64,000 nucleotides of DNA from Cyanophora paradoxa CCMP329 (Eukaryota > Plantae > Glaucophyta): NCBI GenBank assembly GCA_004431415.1, contig QPMI01000642.1, positions 1-64,000 of the forward strand, written 5' to 3'. How positions within the stretch are numbered: position 1 is the first letter of the stretch; each line of letters starts with the position of its first letter. Positions 33,276 through 45,500 of this stretch are shown in pieces. The notes below the pieces were generated by a model that saw only the letters and a list, made by a program, of their open reading frames with translations, did not search any database and had not been told where the DNA came from. Both the position numbers and the translations under genes were made by a program.

Positions 33276-36200
33276 ATGCTCGCGCGCGCGGCCCTGCACG
33301 CCGGAGTCGCGGCCGGACGCGCACATGCGACGCGTTTCGGGTGCGTTTTCGCCGACAAACATGCGCTGCTGCATCTCAGGAACTGACGCTTTCGCCCGCG
33401 CAGCCGCCGGAGCGTATCTGCGTGGCTGCCGCCGCTACTGTGCGCGGCCGGCGCGCTGCCGCTCCGGGGTCTAGCTACTGGTGTCGACGTCACGACCCCC
33501 GGCCCCGCCCCGCGCGAGAGGGCGGCGCGGAGTGCGGAATCATCCGTCGGCCGCAGAGCGCGATACGCCGCCGCGCGGGAGGGCGGAGCGCCCAGCGCGA
33601 CGTCGGCCCCCGCTCAAAAGCGGACCCGCGCGTACTGGCCGGCTTCGAGGGAGGAGCCGCCGAAGCACATCCGAGCGACGAAAGACATCGACGCGCTGCT
33701 CAAGGTACGCCGCACGCCACCGCGCCGCGCCCCGAGCGCCCCCTCCGACCGGGCGCGCGCCAGGGCGGGGACGCGGCCGGCGCGCGGCGGCGGCTGGCTC
33801 AGCTGCGGGAGGATGGCGGCGCGCCCGATCTGACGCTCTACCGCATCCTCCTGCAGGCGCGCGCCGCCCGCCAGCCCGCCCGGCGCCGCGCCTCACGGGA
33901 CCGGCCGGCAGGGCCTCGCGGTGCGGGCGTGCCTGAGCGACGTCCTGGAGGTGCGTGGCTTTCGGTCGCACCCGCTGCTGCGGCTCCTTGTAATCCACCG
34001 CCCCCCTCCCTCCCCCCCTCCCCCGAAGGTCCTGCGCGTCGAAATGGCGCGGGACGGGCTCCGGCCCGACACCACCACCGCCAACCACGTCCTCATGGTA
34101 CCCCCCTGCCCCCGCCTCCCCCCCTCCCCCCGCGCCCCCCGCCGAGGGGGGAACAGGGCCTGGCGGAGGGGGAGGCGCGGCCGCTTGGCGTGCCTGCGGG
34201 GGACCTGGCGCTGCAGTTCCTGGGCTCCCTCGAGCCCGAGTTCGGGCCCGGGGCGGCGCCGGACGCGGCCAGCCACAACCTCGTCCTCGCGGTGCGCCCC
34301 GCGCCGCGCCGCCCCGCGCCCCAGCTCTGGAGCTCGCTCACTCTGCGCCCGCCCCGCCTCCGCCTCCGCCCGGCGCAGGCCTCCTTCAAGGCGGGGGACG
34401 TGGACGCCGCGATGGAGCGCTTCTGGGAGTTCCACCGGGAGGCCCGCAGCGGGCCCTACGCCTACACCTCCGCCGCCTCGGCCCGCCCCGCCCCGCCCCG
34501 CCCCGCCCCGGCCCGCCGCCGCTGACCTCGCCTGGCTGGCAGGCGCTGGGGAGGCGGGGGGAGTGGGGCCGGGCGGCGGCGGTGGCGGCCGCTGGGGCCG
34601 CCCGCTTCGCGGGGGCCGACGACGCCCTCCACCCCTACGTCGCCGCCTTCAAGGTCCGCCCCGCCCCTTTTCCGTCAGCGAGCCCCGCCCTCGCGAGCCC
34701 CCGGCGCCCCCCGCAGGGCCTCAAGCAGTGGGCGGGGGCGGCGCCCGACGCCGCGCCGCCGGCGGCGGCGGAAGCGGTTCGGGGGGTACTCCGATCCCTC
34801 GCGTCGGCGTGCCCGCGGCCCAGCGAAGCGATCGTCGACGCGGCCGTCGACGTGCGGCCCCGTACCCCCCACGCCCGTCGCCCCGCGCCCCTTCCGACGA
34901 TCCTGTACCCGCGCAGGCGATGGCGGCGGTCGCTGCGGACCGCGCGGCGGCGGCCGAGGCCGTCGAGTTTGCGCGGGTGCGTACCCCTGGCGGCGGGCGC
35001 TCCGGCAGCGTCCCCTGACGCCGTACCCCTCCGCAGTCGTCCGGACAGCCGTCTCTCTTCCAGTTCAAGAAGCTCGCGGAGGTGCTTGGGAGTACCTCCC
35101 CCCCCTGTCTCGCCCGCCGGGCTGATCCCCGCAGCACCTGCACCGGTGGGGCGGCGGGGGGTACGAGGACGCCGCGTGGCTCCTCGGCGCGATGCGCGAC
35201 GCCGGCGTGCGGCCTGATCGGCTGACCGCCAGCTACTTCACGGGGGTACCCGCACCCTGCAAATCTATCTCCCCCCCCCCCGTCGACGAGCCGCGCGTAC
35301 CCCCGCAGGCTCTCTGCGTTCAGAAGCGCCCCGACGACGCTGTTCGCATCCTCCGCGAGGCGCGCCCCGTACCCCTCCCGAGAGCGCGTACCCCCTCCGT
35401 CCCTGAACCCCCGGCGCAGCTCCGCGATTGGTGCCCCGACTCGGTCGCGACGCCGCGGGTCTACAATGCGATCGCCGACGTGCGCGCCCCTGTACCCCAC
35501 CCCCCGCCCCCAACTTCCCTGGCGGGGCCCTCACTTCCCCCCCCCCCAGGAATTCACTTCGGCCGGGCGCCTGTCGGAGGCCGCCGCGATCACAGTGGAG
35601 GGGGTACACGCCGGCGGCGTCGTGCCCCGGTACCGCTTCGTAGCCTCCCTCCTCCGGGTGCGCAGTACCCCCGGCTCCCTCTTCCCCCCGCCCTGAGGCG
35701 GCGCCCAGGCGCTGGTGAGCGCGGGGCGGGCGGACGAGGCGGTTGCGCTGGCGGCGGCGGCGGAGCAGAAGGGGCCCCCTGGGGGGGACGAGGAGACCGT
35801 TCGCGAGCACTTCGTCGCGATCCGGAGCGCCCTCGTCGAGGCGCGTACCCCCCCCCCCTGTCCTGTCCCGCTCCTTCCTGTCGATCTGATCCTTCCCGCC
35901 CCGCAGGCGTTGGCAAGAGCCGGGCAGGCCGAGGAGGCCCTCGCGGCCTTCCGGGCGCGGCCCGAGCGCGTCGGCTCCGACGCCGCTGCCCGCCTCCTCC
36001 GCGTGCGTAAGGGGGCGGGGGGCGGGGCGGGCTCTGCAGCTCACGGCGCGGGCGCAGGCGCTGGCGCAGGCCTCGCCGGCCCGCCCGGAGGCGCTTCTGG
36101 AGGTCCTGCGCGTCTCGGAGGCGGCCGGGCAGCCCGCCGCCAGCCGCCGCGCCGTCCGCGTGCGAATTTTACCCCGCCCCGCCCATCCCGTCTCTCGCTT

Positions 36201-39054
36201 CACGAGCACCGCCGCGCAGGAGGTGGTGGAGTCGCTGGTGCGGGCGGGGCGCGAGGCCGACGTGTGGGCGGCGGCGGGCGCGCTGCCGCCGGGCTCGCGC
36301 ACCGGCGGCCTGCTGCTGGCGTCCCTCGCCGAGGCGCTGCGGGAGACGGGGCGGCCCCGCGAGGCCGCCGAGGCGCTGCACGCGGCCCGCGGGGCCGGCA
36401 CCGGCCCCGGCCCCGCTCCCGACCCCGTCGAGGCTGTGCCCCGCGCCGGGCCCTCGGGCGCGGCCGCCGAGGCGGGCGGCGCGGCGCGGGAGAGGCGCGG
36501 GGCGGCGGGAGAGGGGCCCTCGGCCGCCCCGGCAGCCGAACCGTCCTCCGCACAGGCGCGGCCGCGGCCGCGGCCGACTCGGGCGGGGCCGCCGCCGCTC
36601 CCCCCCGAGCGCCCTCCGGCGGAGGGGCCGCCCCCGGAGGCGCCTCGGGCCTGCTTGGAGGGCGAGCGCGATCGCGAGGGGCCGGAGGGGCCGCCCCTTC
36701 CCCCGCTAAGCGCCGCAGAAGAAGAAGCCGTCAAGCTCTTCCAGGTGCTCTCCTTTTAAGAGAGGGCTCGGCCCCCGCGCCGCCGAACGCCCGCGCAGGA
36801 GGCGATGTCTCGCGCCGGAAAGGGCCCCGCGGTGCGCCGCCCCGCTCTCCCCGCCCCCCCTTCCTCCTCGTCCGACCCCCGTTCTCGCCCAGGCGGCGGT
36901 GGCGGCCCTGGCGGGCTCCGGCCTGCCCCTCCCCCGCATCTCCGCCCTCGTCAACTCCACCCTCGAGGTGCCCGTACCCCCCCTTTCCCCCTCCTCCCCC
37001 CTTCCCACCTAACGGGGGCAGGCGTTGCTGCGGGGCCGGCGCTACGTGCACGCGACGGCTCTCTGCCGGCGCCTGCGCGAGGCCGGGCTCCTCCCGGACC
37101 CCGGTACCCCCCTGCCCCCCGCGCCCCCCGGCGAGCCCGGCTGGGACTTCGCGGGTACCCTGGTGGCTCTGGGCGGCGCCCTGGGGCACGCGCACGTGGC
37201 GAAGCACTTCGCCCTCGTCGCGGCGCCCCTCTGCGCCCTCCCCGAGTCCCCTGCTCTCAACCGCGCCCTCCGGGTACGCCGTTTTTCTGTTGGGGGGTAC
37301 GTGCTCTGATCATAAGTTTTCTCTCAGGTACTGCTGTCCCCCCGGGGAGGGGCGGACCCAAACGCGCTGTACGCCGCCCTGCGGCGCGCGGGCGCCGCCC
37401 CCGACTCCCGCGTACTCTCCCTCATCGTCACGGTAGCCCCCCCCCCCCCCCCCCCCCCCCCGGGTCCTCGTCAGCCCCTTACCGGCGGGCAGACTCTGGT
37501 GGAGGCGAGGCGGGCGGGGGAGGCGGCGGGGCTGGCCGTCTCGGCCCTCTCCGACGGCGCTGACCTCCCCAGCGACACCCTGCAGTCCCTCGCCACGGTT
37601 AGGCCCCGAAATAACGCACCCCGCGCCCGACTTCACACGCTGTCCGCGGCAGGCGCTGGGCCCCGCTCGGCCCCCGCTCGCCGCGGGGCCGGCGCCGGCC
37701 CCGTCCGCCTCGGCCGCCTGCGCGCTGCTGGAGGCGGCGGCGGCGGGGCTGGCGCGGCGGGGGCGGGCGGACGAGGCGCGGGCCGCCCTCGCGCGCTCCG
37801 CCGAGGTCGCCGGCCGCCCCGCCGGCCCCGCCGCCTACTCGGCCCTCATGCAGGCCCGCCCCGCCCCGCCCCGCCCCGCCCCGCCCTCGCCCAGGGCCCT
37901 CGGGCTCGTCCTAAGGGGCCGCAGGGCTTCCTGGAGAGCCCGGGCCCCGATGGCCCCGCGCGGGCGCGCGAGGTCCTCGACGAGATGCGCGCGGCGGGGG
38001 TGGCCCCCACCGCCGCCGCCTACTCCCAGCTCGTCACGGTAGCCCTCCCTCCCGTCCTCTCCGCCCCACCGCCCCCCGACGCGCGGCAGGGGTGCGCCCG
38101 GCGGGGCGCGCTGGCGGAGGCGGAGTCGGCGTACGAGAAAATGGTCGCGGCGGGACTCGAGCCCGCGGAGCGGGCGACGGGGGCCCTGGTGGAGGCCCTC
38201 GGCGCCGCGGGGCGCCACGAGGCCGCCCTCGCCGCCTTCCGCCGCGCTCAGGCGCGCCGGCCCCCGCGCGCCCCTCTAACCCTCCGGTGCGATGTTGAGG
38301 GGGCTGCGCGCAGGAGGCCCGGTGGCCGGCGGGCCCCGCCCTCTACCAGTCCGTCGTCTTCGTGCGCCCAGCCTGCCTCTCCGACTCTTTCGGCGCTTCT
38401 TGACCGGGGGAGCGCGCAGGCGCTGGTGCGGGCGCGGCGGGAGGAGGAGGCGCGGGCGGTGGCCGCCGAAATGGGCCCCGCGGGGCTCGAGCCCACGCGC
38501 GCCACCCGCAGGGCCCTCGCCCCCGTGCGCGCCCGAGCACCCCCGCCGTCGCCGCCTCGCCCGCGTCCGCCCCTGCCGACGGAGGTGCAGGCGGGGCGCC
38601 CCGCGGCGGCGGCGGCGACCCTTCTTGAGGCGGCGCGGGCGGCCGGGGCGCGGCCCGGCCCCGCCCTGGTCGGTAACACCGTCGCCAGGGCGCGCCCCGG
38701 CGCCCTTTCTTTTGCCGGCGCCCCCGCAACTTTCTGAGCGGCGCGGGCAGGTCGAGGCCGGCGCCGGCCTGCTGGACGTGGCCCTCGCTGTGGCCGCCTC
38801 CGCCGCCGCGCAGGCACGCCGCCCCGCCCCTGCTCTCCAAAGCCCGCGCACCGATCGCGAGGACCGAGGTTCGAGCGCAGGGCGGGGCCTCGCGACCGGC
38901 CGGCCCCGCGGCGGCGGCGGCGGCGGCGGCGGCAGCAGCGGCGGCGGCGGACGAAGAGGCCGCTCGCGATCGGGAGGCCGAGGGGTACCAGAACCTGCCG
39001 CGGGCCCGTCCCGCCGGCGCCTCCCCCGCGCGCCATGCTGTATATCCCCGGTAA
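33276..39054 (+). CDS. Pentatricopeptide-repeat protein, probably mitochondrial (many short introns)
   Basis: PPR motifs APDLTLYRILL, EMARDGLRPDTTTANHVL, EMRAAGVAPTAAAYSQLV, EKMVAAGLEP; presequence MLARAALHAG...LRGLAT. Confidence 0.85.
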
Positions 39055-39513
39055 TCATGACTCAGCGATCGATCGCGCGATCGCCTCGAAAAAACAATAA
39101 ACTTCTTTGCAAACACCCTTGGCCACGGCGATCTCCAGATGAGAAAAAACAATGTTGTCGATCTTTGCTTTGCTGACCAGTAGCCAGTAGCCGCGTTGAT
39201 ATGAGGAAACTACACCACCGTCAACATCGCCGCCGTCTGCGTCAACACGCGCCTGGAGCCCGGAAGCCCTGGCTTCGCCGCTCTAGCTATAGCCTGAGAA
39301 CGTGGCTTCGAAATTCATGAGCCCAATATTGATGCTTGTCGACTAGTACTGAATTCCTATCAAAGTATCTTAGCTTGCATACGCTTTGATCATGAATGCT
39401 TTGGGATTACTTCGAATTCATATGCTCTTACTTCGGGGGGGGGGGGGGGGGGGGGGGGGGGCCAACTCAATCCTCGGCCCTCGTCAGCGTCGCCATCGGC
39501 CCCGGTCGCGAGC

Positions 39514-42500
39514 CTATAGCGGCGTGGTCGGGAGGCTGGCCCCCGACACGCACGCGTGCGGCCCGAGCCCCGAGCCCGAGCCCTGGGCGCCTGCAGGAGC
39601 TCCGACGTCTCCGGCGCGCAGCCGCTGCCCCGGCTCCCGCTCCCGGCGCTCCCGCAGGCGCTGCGCCGCGGCCGCGAGCGCCGCCTGCAGCTCCCCCGCC
39701 CGCACCGGCTTCTGCGGCCGCATGCGAATAACCGAGCCAGCTGGGTACAAGCTGAAAGCACGAGGCTTCAAGGTCGCACGGCGAGGAAGGCGTCGTAGCC
39801 GGCGTCCGCGCACTCCCGGCGGTCGTGGGCGCCCACGTTGGCGGAGAGGGCGATGGCGTAGGGGACGCGCCCCGCCGGCAGTTCCGCCCGCATCCGCCGC
39901 AGCGACTCCAGCCCGTCCATCTCCGGCACTGAGGGGAGCGAACCCAGGTCAGATCAGATCACATCAGATCAGATCAGGTCGAATCAGGTCGAGCTCGGCG
40001 CACTCATGATGTCGGAGAGGAGTACGTCGAAGGGGCGGCCGGCCGAGCCCGGCCCCTCTTCGTCATCGCGGGCGGCGGCGGCGGCGCGGGCGGCCTCGAG
40101 GGCGCGGCGGCCGTCGGGGGCGTGGGCGACGTCGCCGTAGCCGAGCTTCCGCAGCTGCATCGCCACGATCCTCGCGTTCGTCTGCGCGGCGGCGGGGTTG
40201 GCGTCAGCCGCGGCCGGCAGATCCAGGGCCGACGTCCTGCGCGATAGAAAACTACTAGTACTAAAGAAAGTCGAAAGTCGGTTTCGAAGGGCGGGCCAGG
40301 CTAGGGGCGACGCGCCGGCGTGTCCTCCGCGAAGAGGATCCTCGGCCGGAACTCGGCGGCCGCCCCAGAATCGGGGCCCTCGGTCGGCGCCGCCGGCCGC
40401 GGCCCGTTGGGCGCCCCTCGAGCTCCCTCGACGCCGAATCCGCCGCCGACGCCGCCGCCGACGCCGACGCCGGCCTGCTTCCCCTCCGGCGCCGCCGCTG
40501 GGCGTGGGCTCGAGCTTTCGGTCGACCCCGGCTCCACCGTCGGCGCGGCGGGGGCGGGAGAGCTCGGGGCGGCCCCCGCCGCCGCGCCGGACCCGGGTCC
40601 ACTTTCGCGCTCCCGCACCGCTTCTGCGCACGAATGAGATCGTGAGAAGGCGGTCTGGAGGGGCGGGGGCGCGTGCGCGCCGGCGAGGGTCGCGTGGAGG
40701 ACGGACTCGGCGACGGGCATCCGCAGCGAGCGGACGCGCGCCCGCCCGTGCGCTGCGCCGAGGGCGAGGGGGAGGGTGAGCCTGAGGGTGCAGCTCGATT
40801 AATCCGAGTGGGCCGAAGGACGAACGGGGCTCGATCTGGAGGGAAGCGCGCAGGAGGAGGAGGGCCGGCGGGGCGCAGGCGCCCCCGCCCCCGCCGGGCG
40901 CCTCGGCTGCCGCCCGGGCGAGCTCCGCCAGCGCATCGTCGACGAAGCCGGCGAGCGCCTGCCGCGAAAGGCTCACCGTCAGCGCTGGTCATGAATTCCT
41001 CGGAGAAGATCGTCGAGAGCAGCGGACCTCGGGGGGCAGCGCGGAGGGCATGAAGAGGGCGACGGCGGCGAGGAGGGGGCCCCGCCCCGCCTCCACCTCC
41101 CCCCGCACCGCCTGCGCGAAGAAGCCTCGACGGGCCGGGACGGCCCGAAGCGAGCGGGCGGGCGGACCTCGAGGACGGCCTGGGGCCGGCGAGCGTGCAG
41201 GACGCGCATGCCCCAGCGCTCCGCGTCGCCCGCCAGCGTCCGGCCCCACACCTCTGCCCCGCGCCCGACGCTCGCGTCAGTGGCGGCGGAGCGGAGGCCG
41301 GCGCAGCGGCGGGGGAGGGGGCGGGGCGGGCGCACCCTCGTCGAAGGCGGCGAGGAGGGTCTTCCCGCGGAGGAGCGGGTCCGGCACCAGCGGCCCCTTC
41401 TGCGCCGCCGCTCACCATCAGATATCGATATATTTATTTACGAAGAACCGAATCGAAGGGGCGCACGAGGCCGCGGTCGATGGCGCGCGCGTCGGCTGGT
41501 GAGAGCACCGCCGCCCGGAACGTCACCGCGAAGGTCGAGCCTGCCAGGCGGGTCAGGCGCGTGAATCCGGAGAGGCGGGGGACCCGGAGGCACCGGTGCC
41601 AGGGGTGGAGACGACGGCGATCTCGCCGTCGAGGGCGCGGGCGATGCCCTGCGAGATGTACAGCCCCAGGCCCGTCCCTGCCCCCGCGCGTACGGTCCCG
41701 TGAGACATGCAAGTCGCGCAGAGGCGAGGGGCGGCCCGGCGGAGGCGGACCCGGGTGGCGGCGGGCCTTGGAGGTGTCGAGCTGCCCGAAGAACTCGAAG
41801 AGGCGCCGCTGCTGATCCGCGGGGATCCCGCACCCCGTGTCTGCCCCCGCACGCGTCGACCCAGGCGGCCCTCGAGTACGAACGGTTCGGCGGGGCGGAC
41901 CGGTGACGGCGATGCGGAAGAGGTGGCGGCCGGCGGGGTCGGGGCAGCCGCCCGCCTCCACCTCCACCACGATACGGCCCTCGTCCGCGAACTTCGCCGA
42001 GTCTGCACATTCGCGCGCGCAACTTGAAGCCGAAAGCGCGCGGGGGAGGGCAGCGCGAACTCGAGCTAGACCCGCGGGCCGCGGCCGGTGCGGAGCTATT
42101 TATTTCGAATTTGAATAAAAACATTTGCGCACTGCCGATGAGGTTGACCACCACCTGCGCGGGCGCGCGGAGAGAAAGCGGTGAGGAGGAGAGAAACGAG
42201 AGCGCGAAAATGGTTTAATTTGCGAAATTCAATCGAATTGTAAGCAGCATCTGAACTACTTTTGCTTGGGGGCGCGTCCTGCTTCCGTCGGGGGCGGACC
42301 TGGCGGAGGCGGCCCCTGTCGGAGACAATGAAGCGCGGGAAGTCCCACTCCAGCTGCGCGCGCGAGGCCGCAAACTCGTTCAGTTTGAATTTCTAGTCGA
42401 AGTCCGGCGGGCCCGGGGAGGCGCCGGAGGCGGCGCGAGATCGCACCGCGAGCTGCAGGACGATGCCCTTCTGTGCCGTCACCTGCGCCCTTGCGCTGAG

Positions 42501-45500
42501 CGGGGGCGGGGCGGGGCGGCGGGCGGGGGCGGGGCGCGCCGGCCACATGACGTCGACGACCTCTTCGAGGCAGGCGCGGAGGCACATCGGGGCGGGCGCC
42601 ACGCGCACCGCCCCGCCCCGCTCCAGCACCGACGCGTCCAGCACCTGAGCAGCCGAGCAGAGTCGGAAGAGGGGGCCGGGAGCGGGGCGGGGGCGGGCCG
42701 GGCGGGCGGGGGCGACCTCGCCGACGAGGTCGACGAGGGCCTGGCCCGAGGCCCGCGCCATCATCAGGTACTCCCGCTGCGTATGCGCCCGGTGAGCTGC
42801 GCACAGACGCCGCCCCGTCTGCAGCGGAGACGCGACGGGCCTGGAAGGGGGAGAGGGGCGTGTCGAGGAGGAGGTCCGTGATGCCCACCACCTGCCCCCG
42901 CCTAAGAGACGCGGGGGGCGGCGTCGGCGGCGGCGGGGCGCGCACGGCCTGCATGGGCGTCCGGAGCTCGTGCGTGACCACTGCGCCGGGCTTTAAATGA
43001 AATCTATTCGAAGTCGGAAATTCGGGAAATCGGGCAGGACGGGCGGACCGGAGAGGAAGTCGGACTTGGCGCGGGCGGCCTGCTGCGCCTGCTGCACGAG
43101 CCGCGCCTGCCCCAGCGCGATCCCGACGGCCTGCGCGCCAAGCCGTGCTCGGCTCAGCTGCCGGCGCCGGCGGGTAGGCGGGCGGGGCACCTGGCAGACG
43201 TCCTCGAAGAGGGCGACGTCCTCGGGGCAGAGGCGGCAGGCGCGCCCCGGCTCCTGCCAGTGCACCGAGACCTGTCGCCGGCGCCGGCGCCGGTGAGGGC
43301 CGAGCCGGGGAGCAAGGCCCCCGCGGTGGCGCACGAGGCCGTTGACGCGGCCGCCGGCGGAGGTGGCCTTGAGGAGGCAGGAGCGGAAGCAGAAGCGGCG
43401 GGTGAGCTCCAGCACGCCCTCGTCGGCGAGGCCGCCCGGGCGCGCCGAGGCCTCCCCCGCCCACGCCTGCGCCTCCTCCAGGTCCGCCACCGCGTACGTC
43501 GCCCGGCTCCGCGCCGCCGCCTGCGCGCCCGAATCGCAAGGCCGCGCACGTGCGCGGGCGAGCCAATTGGAAGGGCGGGGGCGAGGGCGGACCCGGACGC
43601 GGTGGAGGACGGCGGCGAGCTTCGGGTCGGGCACGTGGACGGCCTCCTCCTTGTCCGCCTCCACGATCGTCATGCCCCCGACATTCAGGACCTCGATGAT
43701 TGAAGCAAGGGTCGTCGCAGCGTTGTGCGGTTCGGTCAGCGGCTTATGCGCGCTCGAAGAGGCCGGATGGACTTACATCGATGTCCTCGATGGCGCCGTC
43801 GAGGGTGAGGATGCAGGCGGTGTCGGCGCCCAGCGCCTCCCGCAGCCGGTGCGCCGTGCTCTCCACGCTGCACGCGGTCGCAGTACTAGTGTCGGCGAAG
43901 AGGTTTTGTTGGCGTGCGCGACAGCGAGGCCTAGGCGCACATCTTGTCGGGGCTGAGCGTGTTGCGGATCTCGGCCGTCATCGAGCGGAGCAGGTTGGAG
44001 CGCGCGAGCTGCGCGGCGGGCCGGGGTGCAGCTCAGGGGGGCGCATCCGCAAAGCTCGTCGGCAGTTGACAGGGCGCGCCTCGGCCTGCAGCATGCGGTT
44101 CTTCTCGTTGTTGGCCAGCAGCAGCTGCTCCTGCCCCAGCGCGTGCCCGATGCTGTCGCAGAGCGACTGCGAGACGGTCAGCGCGATCGCGGGCTCGGGC
44201 TTTGCTCGAGCTCGGAAGCGCGCGAGTGGCGGGCGCGCCTCGAAGACGGCGAGCTCGTGCTCGGAGGTGGCCCGCCCGTCCGCCCAGCCCGCCGTCACCA
44301 ACCCCGTCACGCTCCCGCCCCACTGCACCGCGCGCGCTCTTCATCACCACGTGCACGCGCACTCCGCGGTGCGGTCGCAGCTTCGAGGTCTAGATCCGAT
44401 CCGATAAAAAGAGGCACCTCGGTGGCGCGGGACATTCCGGACCGCATCTGGAACTCCTGGATCGAGCTCGAGAGGCACTCCTTCGCTTCCTGATCATGAT
44501 CATGAGGCGGCGCGAGCTGCTTCAGAAGCCGCCGCGAGGCCGGCATCGGCAACGGAGCGGGCCGGGGTGCGCACGGGGCCCTCGCCCGGCCCGCCCCCGT
44601 CGAACTCCGGCAGGAACGAGCTCCAGTCCTTAGAGCGAAATTAAAGCGTCAGCCGCGCGATGGAAATGTCGATTCGATTACGTATACAAAATGGACGCAC
44701 GCGGCGGAAGAAGGTCCGCACGGGTCGCCGGCAGATATTCTAATCCGGCACGAGTCACCGCACGAGCTCGAGAGCGAATTAAATCCAGCACGACGCGGGA
44801 TTGAAGGGCGCACGTGGAGGCGGTAGTTGAGCGCGGCCGAGTTCTGCGGCGGCGTCTCCTCCGACGGCAGGCCCCCCCTCAGCACCGTCACCTGCGCGAC
44901 GGCCGTCTGAGGGAACGCTGAATGAGGTGAGGCTTGAGATCCGGCGCGGACCCGGATCTCCCCGGGGCCCCCGAACGCCGGCTCCTGCTCGGGCGGCGAG
45001 AGCGGGAGGGCCCGCACGGAGACCATGTCGCAGTCCAGCAGCCTCTGCGAAGGCGCCGACGCGCGCGCAACACTCGTGATCAGCAAAGAGAGCGCTAGCG
45101 GATCTCCGTCGGCGTCGACATGGGCATCGCGGGCGGGTCGGACCTGGATTCGGGGGGCCGTGTCGCGGAGGATCTCGCGGACTGACTGCTTCGAGCGGAT
45201 CCCCACGGCGATGTCGCGCAGCAGCGCCTGCGAGAAATTCGAAATTCTGGAATTTTGAATTTCCAATCTGCGAGAAAAGCGCACCTCGGACCTCAGGCGC
45301 CGCTCCAGTGACGCCGTGCGCTCGGCGTGCTGCAATAACGCGTCAGCAGTTCTTCGCCGTGACCACTTCGAGATGGCGGATATTAATCGCCACTGCTGCG
45401 AGCGCGCACCTCCGCCTCGAGCTCCGCGTTCTTCGTCTCGAGGTCCTGCAGCATCTTCGTCTGGCCGATGGCGAACCCCACGCAGTCCGTCACCGACTGC

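Noticed and set aside
39435-39461. Poly-G tract as a G-quadruplex element
   Set aside because: Homopolymer G/C runs are common in this window and their length is unreliable.
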